Assembly (NCBI RefSeq): GCF_016433145.1
Contig: NC_058132.1
Coordinates: 408,732,356 to 408,796,355, forward strand
Reading direction: 5' to 3'
Length of the DNA stretch: 64,000 nucleotides
Origin: Gracilinanus agilis
Lineage: Eukaryota
Shown here: positions 53,220-64,000 of the stretch, piece after piece
Layout of the letters: each line of letters opens with the position of its first letter
How positions within the stretch are numbered: position 1 is the stretch's first letter
Notes under the pieces: model-generated
What the model was told of the DNA's origin: nothing
Database searches by the model: none
The model's input: the letters and a program-made list of their open reading frames with translations, nothing else
Program-made: the position numbers and the translations under genes

Positions 53220-53690
53220 TAGAATCCACACCAACCCATATGCAAAAAGAATCTTCTCAATAACAAAAGTCTTGGCTCTATAACAAGAGATTGTCTGTTT
53301 GAAGACCTCCAAGGAGGGGGAACCCACCTTTTCTTTTGGCATATATATACCACTTTTGAACAGTTCAAGTTGTCAGAAAGTTGTTTGTTCCTGATATCAA
53401 ACCTAAAAGTGTCTCTTACAACTACCTTCCGGCTTTAAACAGAGCTAGCTTGTTCCTCCTCTACTTCAATTTTCAAATTCTTGAAGAAAGTTACTATGTC
53501 CCTCTTTGAGTTATCTTTCCTCCAAATTAAATATGCCAATTATTTCAGTCACTCTTTATATAACATAGATTCAAGGTCCTGCATCATCTTGGTTGTGCTC
53601 CTCTGAAAACTCTAGTTTATTCATATTTTCCTAAAACTATAGTGCCCAGAACCAAACACAATACTCCTGATGAGACCTTCCAAGGACAGT
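53220..53690 (-). mobile_element. CR1/L3 LINE fragment
   Basis: rc CR1 3' motifs ctcctctgaaaactctagttt...gtgcccagaaccaaacacaatactcc. Confidence 0.65.
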
Positions 53691-55299
53691 AGAGTGAAAC
53701 TATTACCTCTTTCTCCATTCCTAGAAGCTATGCACCTCCTAATGAGCTGACATAAAATAGGATGGTGAGATAACACATAAAGAAGGTTTCAAGTGCAATT
53801 CAGATGGAAAGGTCCAGTGGTCCTTGGGGTATAGTGGCAAAGCAGATATGTTATCTTTATGTCATTTCCATTAATAAAAACATGTTCATTTCTCATGTTG
53901 AACCCTTTGATGGCCCCAAGAACTTTGTCAAACTGTATTAGGAATTTGTTTTCCTATTCTTTGGTGGCTGCAGTTGCTGATGGTGGGGGTGAGTGGGAGG
54001 AGGGTCAGAAGGTGGGCTTCAGCCATGTGAAGAAGTTAACAGATCATATCTGGCCAAGAGTTGTTTCTTTAGACAGTAATTTCTGGGGGAGCTGAAATTG
54101 GGCAGGAAATCTGTCTGGGTATGAAGTCTGGGAGTTGCTATTTCCAGGAATCTTAGTCTTATTTGCCCATTGGTAAATGGTAGATGAAAAAAGGGTAGGT
54201 CTTCTCCTAAAGGGACAATGTATAAAAAAGTGTTTTGTAAACCTTAAAGTGCTGATTTTTTTAAGCATTTATAAGAATGCTTTGTATTCATTCTGAGCAA
54301 AGAAAAAAATAAAAGAAGAGAAAGGAAAAGGAAAGCCATATATTGAAATACACAAAGATTCCATCTCTGCAAAGTAAAGATTCAAAATAAAAACTTGGCA
54401 TAGTAAACTGAGGACCTTTGGTGAAATTCAAATTTTCAAGGAGATTCTGAGTATAGTTCCTGAAGTTGCAAGCCTTGTGTGACTTTTAATACCAGTATAC
54501 CCCTTTGCTACTCATCAAAGGTCTTTGAATGTCAGGCCTCACAGAACATAATTGTGAAGGAAATTTATCTTCCTTCTATTAACTTCTGCAGTCATAAGGA
54601 TACCTTGTATATGGCAGAAGAATCTGAACATTTTAAAAGGACTTTCTTTCCTTTATAACCTTCTACAGCAACAACATGATTCTCAAACATTGTAGTCAAG
54701 TATATTTCTATGAAAGAGGCTATAGTACTTTTAGACTGCAATCAAATGATGTAATGTTTAAAGGGCAAAGTGTTTATATTCCACACCAAGCACATCTTAC
54801 TAACCAGCTGGTTTTTGCAACTCCTAGTTACTGTTTTTTCTGTGTGTACACTGTAGAGTTGTTGTTGTTGTTTTTTAATCCTGTAAATGGACAAATTTGG
54901 AGAACACCCCAGCTTAGGTGTAACTAAGTAGTAAAGTTTAGTAACTAGAAGAAGAATATCCAAAACATTTTGACTGAGGAAACACAGATAATCTCCCCCA
55001 CTTTCCCTATTCTTGAAAATGATTTCAAAGAAAATAAAGCAGTTGGATGAGAGGAGCTGCAAGGCACCCTTCCATCTGTAAAATTCTACAATATAAGAAA
55101 GGAATGAAAGAGTAGACAGAAAAAAACCTAGATATCACATTAAATGCCAAGGACAGCACACCTTGTTGAGAAATGAGCCTTTTTCTGCCTCTTGGCAGGC
55201 AACGGGAGGAGGGAGAATGGAACTGGGTAGAAGCATTGGATTTCTAGTTGCAGCAAGGAAATCATCTCTAACACCCCAACTCCATCAGGAGGAAAAAAG

Positions 55300-55739
55300 G
55301 CTCTCTTCTTTCTCCTTCCTGGAGAATCGTATCGCGTGATAGCCTGAACCCCGGCGAGAGAATCACACAGTTTCTCAACAATAAACTATTTCAACAGTGC
55401 CAAAAATCACCTCTACACCCCCCAAGTTCCCCCTCCCAACTCGCAGCGACGTGTGCGCCCCAGCCAATGAGAGCCTGCCTCAGCCCAGGCTCTAGACCCA
55501 GTTGGTTCTTTTCTTTTCCCCAAGTTCAAGAGCTGGATTTAAAGGACCTCAAGTCACTAACTTCTTCGCTATATGCCCCTCTCCCAGCTTCCACAAGCAG
55601 CGGTTCCCGCAACCAGATAGATCTTGGGAGCAAGGAAGGTTCGCAAAACACTCTGCGCGCTCTTGAAGTGTGGACTCTTTGTCATCTTTGCCAGGAGCTT
55701 GGAAACCCACCCAACCCCCCCACGAACGAGAACGCGAAG

Positions 55740-55790
<51 letters not shown>

Positions 55791-55903
55791 TCACTCACTC
55801 ACTCACTCACTCACTCACTCGTTACCACGCTTCTCCTACTTTCCCTGCACACCCTTTTTACTATGAAGGTTTCTAAGCTCATTTGAAAGTAGCCGTGCCT
55901 AAG
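55300..55903 (+). promoter_or_regulatory. OLIG1: OLIG1 proximal promoter / 5' leader (CpG-enriched)
   Basis: CpG density rises abruptly from about 55325. NF-Y-type CCAAT box AGCCAATGA at 55462-55470, weak TATA-like CTATAT at 55569-55574. TSS cannot be determined from sequence. Confidence 0.6.
55743..55820. repeat. Compound microsatellite (AC)n(TCAC)n upstream of OLIG1 ATG
   Basis: About 22 AC units followed directly by about 8 TCAC units. Confidence 0.98.
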
Positions 55904-56632
55904 ATGTTGAGGCAACAACGACCGGGGGATGTGCAGCTCGGGGCTTCCCCGTATGAGTTGATGGGCTATAGGCAGCAGCTGTCTTCTTCCTCTGGCACTG
56001 CCACCTTCCTTCCTAAGCAAGTCCACGAGAAGCTGGAGCCACCTCTCGAGCAGCTCCAGCAAGGCGTGGGAAAAAATGCCAAGGGTGGCAGCGGCTGCGG
56101 CGAGAGCGGAAGCAGCAGCAGCAACAAGACAGAGCTGAAGGAAGAACAGCAGCAGCTGAGGAGAAAAATCAACAGCCGGGAGAGGAAAAGGATGCAAGAT
56201 CTCAACCTGGCCATGGACGCTCTAAGAGAGGTGATAATGCCCTATTCTGCCGCCCACTGCCAGAGTTCCCCCGGCAGGAAGCTCTCCAAGATCGCCACGC
56301 TGCTCCTTGCCAGAAACTACATCCTTCTTCTGGGCAGCTCCCTCCAGGAGCTGCGGCGGATCCTGGGCGAGATGAGCGGGCCAGGGCCGCGGCTGCTACT
56401 CGCCGGCTTGCCCCTGTTCGCCGCCCCGGGTTCGGTGCTGCTGGCCCCAGGGGGCGTGAACCACCCGGAGACTCTACACTCCAGCAAGTACCTGTCGCTG
56501 GAGGAGCCGCCGTGTGGCCAGTTCCCTCTACCCGGCAGCCCTGGTCTGTGTACCTGTGCTATCTGCAAGTTCCCGCATTTAATTCCCTCAGGCCTCGGGC
56601 TCGCTGCGGTACAGACACAGTTCTCCAAGTGA
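55904..56632 (+). CDS. OLIG1: Oligodendrocyte transcription factor 1 (bHLH), single exon, 242 aa
   Basis: [27 protein letters not shown]...[68 protein letters not shown]...[11 protein letters not shown]...AAVQTQFSK. The bHLH with the AAHCQ loop and the QFSK C-terminus are diagnostic of OLIG1 rather than OLIG2/3. The track start at 55883 is TTG; the first in-frame ATG is 55904 (A at -3), with an in-frame TAA at 55874-55876. Confidence 0.97.
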   Translation: MLRQQRPGDVQLGASPYELMGYRQQLSSSSGTATFLPKQVHEKLEPPLEQLQQGVGKNAKGGSGCGESGSSSSNKTELKEEQQQLRRKINSRERKRMQDLNLAMDALREVIMPYSAAHCQSSPGRKLSKIATLLLARNYILLLGSSLQELRRILGEMSGPGPRLLLAGLPLFAAPGSVLLAPGGVNHPETLHSSKYLSLEEPPCGQFPLPGSPGLCTCAICKFPHLIPSGLGLAAVQTQFSK

Positions 56633-58125
56633 AGAGACTGGGCAGACCCCGTTGCACCCCTCTTCCCTTTTCCTTCCCGAGCTTGCCACCCCGTCACCAC
56701 TGCCTCCTTGATATGACTGCCACCCTCGCCCCTTTGCCAGTCCCAGCTCCCCGGAGCCATCTGCAGCACAGAAAGATCGCGGGGGTCGAGAGAGGTGTGA
56801 GACTACCGAAAGAAAGAGATGGAGGCTCTTTAAGGGAGGGTTGGAGACTTCCTCCAAGTACATTTGCAGTTATGGGGACGTGATGAGTGAAGAAACAGTG
56901 TAAGATATTCGTTTTGGAGTTCTGAGGGCGATCTTTCCGGGTAGATTTCCTGCTTGCTAGCGGGGTAGCTTAAAATAAAGAGTGGAGCCAGATCTCTCCT
57001 ATCCATCCCTCTTCTCTCCTGACCCCTCCCCGCTCCACCCCTCCCTGCCCCGAAGGATGTAGATCTAGCTAACTTTTTCTTGTCCTTCCCTCCATCACTA
57101 AATGTTTGTTCATATCTCTTCTTTTGCTTGCAAGAAAGCAACCCTTTCCTCGGCTCCAGTAAGCCATCCTCGGGTGTTTATGTTATGAGAAGTGGGTGTC
57201 AGGGGGGTGGGGTTCTTTTCCCTCCAGAAAGAGAGAATAGCAGCCTTTGTGTCTACTTTTCACTAGCTTCGGACGGACTCTTCGAGGGGAATGTGCTTCG
57301 AGGATTGGAACGAGGAATCCTTCGGGTTTCTGGAAGACTTCTTAATAGGGACAGAATCACAGACTGCTACGTGTGAACTTTCGCCCAACGAGTTGGTTAG
57401 GCGGCGGGTGGGCTGAGTCTCTGCAAAGGGCTGAGGGTGAGCAAGCTTGATAACTGCCTTCACGAATTCAAATCTTGTTGGAAATGCTGGTCTCGGACGA
57501 TGTTTACTTTCTTTTGAAACCAGCTCATTATTTTTCAGGGAACCTCACAGGTTTTTAGGTGTAATCTCTATTTTGTTTAATGTTTGTTTGTTTGTTTTTC
57601 CCCCTGGCCGTTGCTATTCATTCTTTTAGGAAAGGAAACGAAGAGCTGTCCACTTTCGCCAGTTTTTCAGGTTAGCCTAACCAGCATTTGACTTTAGTAT
57701 ACATTCGTATAATGCCCTTCCTTCAAGCAACAGTTTTCTTAGATTACTGAAAATAAGTACAGTCCTCTCATACTCTGATTTAAAGGGGGGGAAAGAATTC
57801 GATTAACTTGTATTTCATTAAGAAAGACAAAAGCGATCAGTGCAGTTTTCTTGTAGGTCCATTCTGGGAAATGGATTCTAACAGAAGTTTTAATAAAATC
57901 ACAGCCATGTTTCTTCCATTTACTCCATATTAGAGTACATAGATTTCAGGTCTTGATTTGTAATGGGCATTAAGTATTCTTTTTTTTTTAATGTCAGGAT
58001 ATGACTTTGGATTTTTATTGTTGGGAATTTTGTTGTTAAAAGCCCATTTTAAAACTAACCTTCTTTCCTTCTTGTATTGTTGAATCATCACAATAAATAA
58101 ATAAAAACATAAACAACTACTTGAC
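56633..58125 (+). other. OLIG1: OLIG1 3' UTR (inferred)
   Basis: Repeat-free sequence after the stop codon, ending at overlapping AATAAA hexamers with a downstream GT/T-rich tract. Confidence 0.6.
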
Positions 58126-58137
58126 TTGTCTGTATTT
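58092..58137 (+). terminator. Polyadenylation signal cluster
   Basis: AATAAATAAATAAA at 58092-58105 (three overlapping AATAAA), then cttgacttgtctgtattt; a further AATAAA at 57892-57897. Confidence 0.6.
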
Positions 58138-59399
58138 AAAGATTTCTTCTGGACATGATTCTAAATCTATGAAGGAATACTAGACGATAAAATGACTGAC
58201 TTTGCATTTAAAAAGACAGAACATCACACACAGAGAGGTTTGTTGTTGTTGTTTTTTTTTTTCTTTTTAGTTTGGATAGATAAAGTATCAGGTGAGAAAT
58301 TGGCAACAAGATGGAAGTGGAGGGCCAAGAAATTCTAATCCCCACAGTTCTATTAAATCATTGCCCAAGTTCAGCAGGCAACCATCTCCCAAATGTTTTT
58401 CACCTGGAATATAGGTTGTAAGATAAACTTATTTTCAACTCATTTTGGGTGCCAATATCTGCTTTATCTAAGTAGACAGTAATTATCTTGAAGAGCTAAT
58501 CTATGATTTCTTTTCTATGACTTTTATAACCAGCTTTGGCTGATATATCAGTAAATTAAGACATTTGTTTTTCATTAATACTTTTAAAGGGAAAGAGAAA
58601 TTTCTGTCTCAAAAACCAGTTAATAATGTGACTTGGCATATGTTACAGTTCACATTTTATTGTCAACTCCCAAACGTACAGAACACTGAAATATAATGAA
58701 GTGACTTAGGATCACATAGCAGATTATTCATGTTGATATTACCAGGTCATGCTACTAAGTGATTATTCTTTCTAAAGTTATTTCTCAGTGGGCCAATTAT
58801 AAAGGGCAATCTGAGCTTTATAGATTGTAAAGGGTTAAGAGTGGGGGAAAAGGTATCAGATTATTTTCCCTTCATGCTAACCAAGAACCACCTTCCTGAC
58901 TAAATGAGAAAAAGAGAAATGGGACAGAGGTTGCTAAACCACTCCATCTCATAATCTTGATTATCTTTTTCCTCAGACTTTGGTACTTCTAGTCACCCTG
59001 TAACTAGAAATTACTAGCTTTTAAAATATAATTCTATCTCTTCTACACCTTCAAAAATTAACATTAAAAATAACCCAGTATAGGAATCAAATAGAGAAAT
59101 TGAGCACAATAACTGAAAACAATCAAACTGGAATGAAATTTCTAAAAAATTGAATTCACATGAGCTCTCTCCTACAGCTCCAATAGACATTTATTAAATT
59201 CTTAAATAATTGAATTGGAAACAAGATGTTGGGCAATGGAGAAACAAAAAATAATTAAGATATGGTCTCTACTTGAACTGATAAGCTGATGGATATTGTA
59301 TGGCATGACATCATACCTTCAAGGACTGACTTGATCTTCATAAAGGAAAAGGAGGTTAGGGGAGAAGAATGAACTGGTGTTCTCTTTGCCCCTAATTAC

Positions 59400-60250
59400 C
59401 TCAAAAGCAAAGAATGCACTATTGCCTCTCTTATGGGAGCTTTGGTACTATATTTACAACCTTATTGGCCAGGAGAACACAAATCTCATTGCACTTAAGA
59501 CGGTCAAAGACTATTTTAGACAGAGGTAGGTAGGTTAAATTTAAGCACAACAAAATAGTTTTAAGGATCATTTGAAGGAATTGGACATATTCAGCCCAGA
59601 GAAAAAGAATCACATGGAAGGTGGTGGCTGGGCATGACTGCAATATTTAAATATTTGGAACTCCGTCATGTGAAAGAGACCTTGGATTTGTTTGGCCTCT
59701 GTAGCAGACCATGTCTGATTCAGACTGGTCTGGTAGCTCGAGTTCAAGACTGAAATGAAGTTAAGACTGTCAGAGAGACTGCTAAGTGGCTCAATGAAGT
59801 AAAAGCCAGGCCTAGATATGGGAGGTCCTGGTCAAATCTGATCTCAGACACTGAGCCCATCCACTCTACTGCCTTGGATAGAAGGTAAGGGTTTTAAACA
59901 AACAAAAAGTCATAAAATATCTGATACTTAATAAAAGGTTTACTTAGCCCTAGCAAGAGACATTTGGCAAAGAAATAGTAGTGATTTAGCTGGGCATACT
60001 TTGCCTGCCTCTTTATTGCCCACTGTGGTCCCTGAACCAGAAAGGTAGGTGATTCCTTCTGCACTAGATTTTTTTGTACTTGGGTCCTAAGAAAGGGATT
60101 TAGACTTCAATGGCCAAATTTCAGTCCCAGAGGAGCCCTGGAAGGTTGAATTAGAAGCAATGAGTAGAAGTTGCATTTAGGCTACTTGAAGCCTGATGCA
60201 AGGAAATAGCTTCTATGTCAAAGTGCAATAGACTGCCTGGAGATGTAGGT
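59400..60250 (+). mobile_element. CR1/L3 LINE fragments, interrupted by a SINE at about 59775-59910
   Basis: aaggaattggacatattcagcccagagaaaaag...gcaatatttaaatatttg and atagactgcctggagatgt motifs. Confidence 0.6.
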
Positions 60251-60269
60251 GGTAACCCATCATTTTTCA

Positions 60270-60460
60270 GTTGTGTCCCAACTTTCTGTGACTCTCTTTG
60301 GGGTCTTCTTGGCAAAGATACTGGAGTACTTTGCCATTGCTTCTCCATCTCATTTTACAAGAAGAAGAAACTGAGGCAAGCAAAGTTAAGTGACTTGCCC
60401 AGAGTCACACAGGTATTAAGTGTCTGAGGCCAGATTTGAACTCAGGAAGAGTTTTAGAAT
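60270..60460 (-). mobile_element. MAR1-type CORE-SINE
   Basis: rc tail tcttggcaaagatactggagtactttgccattgcttctcc followed by CORE. Confidence 0.75.
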
Positions 60461-60744
60461 AAAGACAAGTAGTATGGTGAATAGGACCCTGAACCTATAA
60501 TCAGGAAGACCTGAGTTCAAATTCTGTCCTTAAATACTTACTAACTTACGGCATCCCATGCAAATCATTGTCTATGCCTAAGTTTCTTCATCTATAAACT
60601 AATGGAGTTGGACTTGTTGGTCTCTAAGGTCTCTTCCAGCTTTAAATCTATGATCCTTTGACTATTATTCTATTGGAAGAAATAATTACTGAAAATATAG
60701 TAAGGGAAAGAACACAAACTGTTGCAAAGTAAACATAATTAGAA

Positions 60745-60990
60745 CTTTTGTAGTTGTTCAGTTTTTTCCTTTGTGTCCAACTCTCTGTGACTCTGTTTGG
60801 AGTTTTCTTGGCAAAGATACCCAAGTGGTTTGCTGTTTCCTTCTCCATCTCATTTTACAGATGAGAAAACAGAGGCAAACAGGGCGAAGCAGCTTACTCA
60901 AAGTTTCACAATTGCTAAATGTTGGATTGATCTCAGGAAATGAGTCTTCCTGACTTCAGGCTCAGCACTCTATCCATGGTGCCATCTAGC
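60745..60990 (-). mobile_element. MAR1-type CORE-SINE
   Basis: rc tail ttttcttggcaaagatacc...tttgctgtttccttctcc, CORE and head. Confidence 0.75.
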
Positions 60991-62584
60991 CTCAGCAAAC
61001 AACAAATATGACCATTACTCCTATAAACCTAAGAAATAGATGGGGTGGCATGAGGTTGGAGATTGACCCTGCCATAATTATAATAATCATCATTATGCCC
61101 AAGTCGTCAAGTGTTTTGCTACTGTAGTGTAAGGCAAGATTTGGAAAAACAAATTGGAAAAACCAATCCCCCTCAAATACTTTAGTATAAAAGGTGGTGA
61201 CCATTAAAGCATGTGCACTAAGGTGTTTTATGAAAGTATATGCCATGGACTGAAGCTATGAATGTTTTTATTATGCACCAGTATTGTGTCAAGCTTAACC
61301 TGAAAGCACTGAAAATCTAAATTTAATAGAAATTCCAAAAATGTTACCTAATAATGAAACATAATTGGTCTCTATTTGGAATCATTAGTGTCCTCATCTT
61401 TTGATGTCTTCTTTTAAGAACTATGGGATCAGATATGGCTTACATCAGAGAGGGAGCTGGCAAAATGCTTTCATAAACATTCATGTGTCACTGGAAAACT
61501 ATGTCTTGACTAAAAAGCATTTGAGCCAATAAATATGAATTTTCTTTAGACATGTAGCTTTCTAGTTTTGGAAAGAAATTAGACTTTGTCAACATTCTGT
61601 TCATCATATTAACAGTATATGAGATTTCTGTTTCTCATTTGATTGCATCTGTCTTCTTCTGACCAGATAAACAACTAGAAAATTTTAATTTCCTCATTCT
61701 TTGGGTATCGAAATTGAACTATCCATTTTCTTATTTCCATTGATTTGGCTCCTTATTACACTGAAACCTCTTAAACTTTTGCCTTTAATTATTGATTAAT
61801 TGTATGAAGACTCTGATATATTTTATATATTTTTATTCCATTCTACATCTCTTTTTATTTGTCCTTAAGCGATATGATGCTTAAGCTTTCTAATGAGAAT
61901 AACAGCTAGATATTGCTATTATCTTCCAGTGTCTTGCTATGGGTCTTCAAGATGGTATCTGACATTTGCATTGTGGAACATTCCTAGAGAGCATCACCTT
62001 TCTCTCTATGGTTCTTACATAGCCATTGGCCATAGAATATATCCTTTGGTGCATGTGCTGAGGTATTTTTATATTCTCTGTCAAATGTTGTAGGAGGATG
62101 CATGCTGGATATAGCAGATATCAGCTTTCATGAATCACATGGAAATTACATGCAGATATCACTCAGATCTGTGCATATCCAGAGAACACAACAAGGGAGT
62201 AAGGCAAACTAGCAATATATTATTAGGCTTATAAAACAACAGAATACACCAAGGCACTAATATATATGAAAATACAGAAACAGTACAACTCATAATTATA
62301 ATACTTGTACAACACTAATGTACTATTTACCACATATCGCAAAATAATGACAGCAAGTCATGAAGAAATTATGGCACATCAATAAACACAAAATTGAATA
62401 CAAGGCACACATTGCATGGATAAACATTTGTATTGTCATCTGATTTCATGTGTAACAACTTCTGGTTAATCTGGATATAGTCATGTAGGGTCTAGTTTTA
62501 TTATGACTTGCTAATCTCTCTGCCCCTATACTTGAACCAGTTGATGGCACACACTAATAAAAATCCTCATCAAAATGATAGTCT

Positions 62585-62750
62585 TGCATTCAATCAATCA
62601 ACATTTATTAAGTACCTACTAAATACCAGGTACTCTGCTAATCAATGGGGATAGAAAAAGAAGTAAAAGTCATTTCCTGCCCTCAAGAAGCTTACAGCCT
62701 AATAAGAGAGATAAAACACAAATAAACATATACAAATATATTCCTAAATC
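62585..62750 (-). mobile_element. L2 3' end fragment
   Basis: attcaatcaatcaacatttattaagtacctact...ctgccctcaagaagcttacag. Confidence 0.75.
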
Positions 62751-63039
62751 TAAACTTATAGAGTGTGTAGGCTGATTATTTGTATTACTAGATGCCATTA
62801 AGTGCCCCTCTGTGGATAAAGTTCTAACCAGGAAAGGTACTACCTCTCTCCTTGCTGGAATTGGTCTGCTGGATTACAGTACTCACTGTCTTCTTTACTA
62901 CAAATGTTATTCCCTAGGCCACTGTGTGGTTCGGAAAGTCTTTGTACTGATAGCTTTTGTTTTTAGAGTTTACTGCAATAAATGCCCATCACTTGTCTCT
63001 TCCTGCCATATAATAAGGGAGTCCACCTATCTCTTCTAT

Positions 63040-64000
63040 GAACAATAAGTGGTCGCAATAAGCTGTCTTTAATCAGTCCCCTCCAGGCTCTGGGGTCATT
63101 ATATATAAACAGGCAAACTGTCCAGGCTCCACAACTAAACATGGAGTAGCTTTCTGTCTGTCTGCTATTTTGGATATACCTTGAATACCCAGTCTCTCAG
63201 CACTCCATCTATTTGTTGGAGGTCTTGATAATGAGCTTGAATATCATGCCATTGCTTGTTTCAGGCAGAGTTCTTCTAAACTAAAGACAAGGCTAACTGC
63301 AAGGCATTTTTCAGTTTACTTCTATGCTGAAATGTTCTGTTGTGAGAATTTGCATTCTCCATCCTCTGAAACTCAAGAAACACAAGTCAAAGTGTACACA
63401 GGATTCTCACTCGAACATGAGCAAGTATAATGTAAAACCTGTAATCATTAATGATGAAGTTCTACACTTGTACTACAAATGGCACATGTTGACTCCACTG
63501 AGGTCTTTGTTCTGGTCTCAATGCTCCTAATATGTTCGACAAGCACACAGGCTGGGGCCACTTTTGTAGATCATAATATAAACTTCATGCTTGCAACATC
63601 AATCATGTCCTTGGGTAAGTTTGCTCTCAAAGTTTCTATCTTGGTCAGAATGTATCTTGACCAAAAATCCATACCCTGAGAAATAATCCCACAATAATTT
63701 TGCAATCTGAATGCTTTCTGGCCCTGATTATGCATATTTGATGAAATAAACAACTACTTCTAAAATATTACTTATGTTGCTACAATCTCCTTCCCGGAAA
63801 AATGTTAAAGATCAGTTCTAAAGATTTGATAGTATTTACATTCTCTAGATTCTTTGCTTGAGTTGTTAGCACCTTTCTTTGAACAAAGTGAACTCAGATG
63901 TCTCCCTTCTTTGTGACATCTGCTGCTATCTAGGACCAGTAAAATCCGCTTCTTATTAGCTCCAAAGTTCTCTTGGCCTTTTTGTTCAAAATCAATAATG
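63040..64000 (-). mobile_element. Fossil Ty3/Gypsy LTR retrotransposon pol, integrase region (runs off window end)
   Basis: Minus-strand translation across frameshifts gives collinear integrase motifs: RTLELIRSGFYWS*IAADV; LENVNTIKSLELIF; NILEVVVYFIKYA; QIAKLLWDYFSGYGFLVKIHSDQDRNFESKL (IHSDQ..KL at 63655-63617); LGALRPEQRPQWSQHVPFVV (63530-63471); TGFTLYLLMFE*E; LGIQGISKIADRQKATPCLVV (63192-63130); DHLL (63054-63043). Confidence 0.9.

Noticed and set aside
55883-55903. TTG start giving a 249-aa OLIG1
   Set aside because: Produced by the alternative-start rule of the ORF track; the conserved Met is ATG 55904.
55811-57141. Overlapping ORFs on the minus strand and other frames (128, 82, 150, 123, 103 aa)
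   Set aside because: Shadow ORFs expected opposite a GC-rich CDS; no recognisable domain.
63040-64000. Domesticated integrase gene such as GIN1 or NYNRIN
   Set aside because: Many stops and frameshifts and loss of catalytic residues indicate neutral decay.
1-64000. CRISPR arrays, operons, rRNA or genuine tRNA genes
   Set aside because: None seen; the DNA is mammalian and the tRNA-like segments are SINE heads or a PBS.

Overview
Mammalian genomic DNA, almost certainly marsupial and most likely opossum (Monodelphis), judged from SINE1_Mdo-type SINEs, MAR1 CORE-SINEs, opossum-type L1 and low GC. It holds one real protein-coding gene, the single-exon bHLH factor OLIG1 (+ strand, CDS 55904-56632, 242 aa), with a CpG-rich promoter and a 3' UTR ending near 58.1 kb. 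The 55 kb upstream is largely transposon relics (L1, L2, CR1, RTE, MIR, MAR1, SINE1, hAT and Tc1/mariner elements, LTR elements) separated by unique islands that may be enhancers. There are five assembly gaps. Best hidden signals: (1) a decayed Ty3/Gypsy integrase on the minus strand at about 63040-64000, broken by stops and frameshifts and therefore invisible in the ORF track, running off the window; (2) the N-terminal extension of eutherian OLIG1 is present as recognisable but non-coding sequence, overlapped by a 7-codon uORF; (3) two 5'-inverted (twin-primed) L1 insertions with perfect TSDs; (4) a small non-coding LTR element with a 17/18 tRNA-Arg primer-binding site; (5) hAT MITEs with perfect 8-bp TSDs. 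Family names and orthologue comparisons come from recalled consensus sequences; no database search was run.
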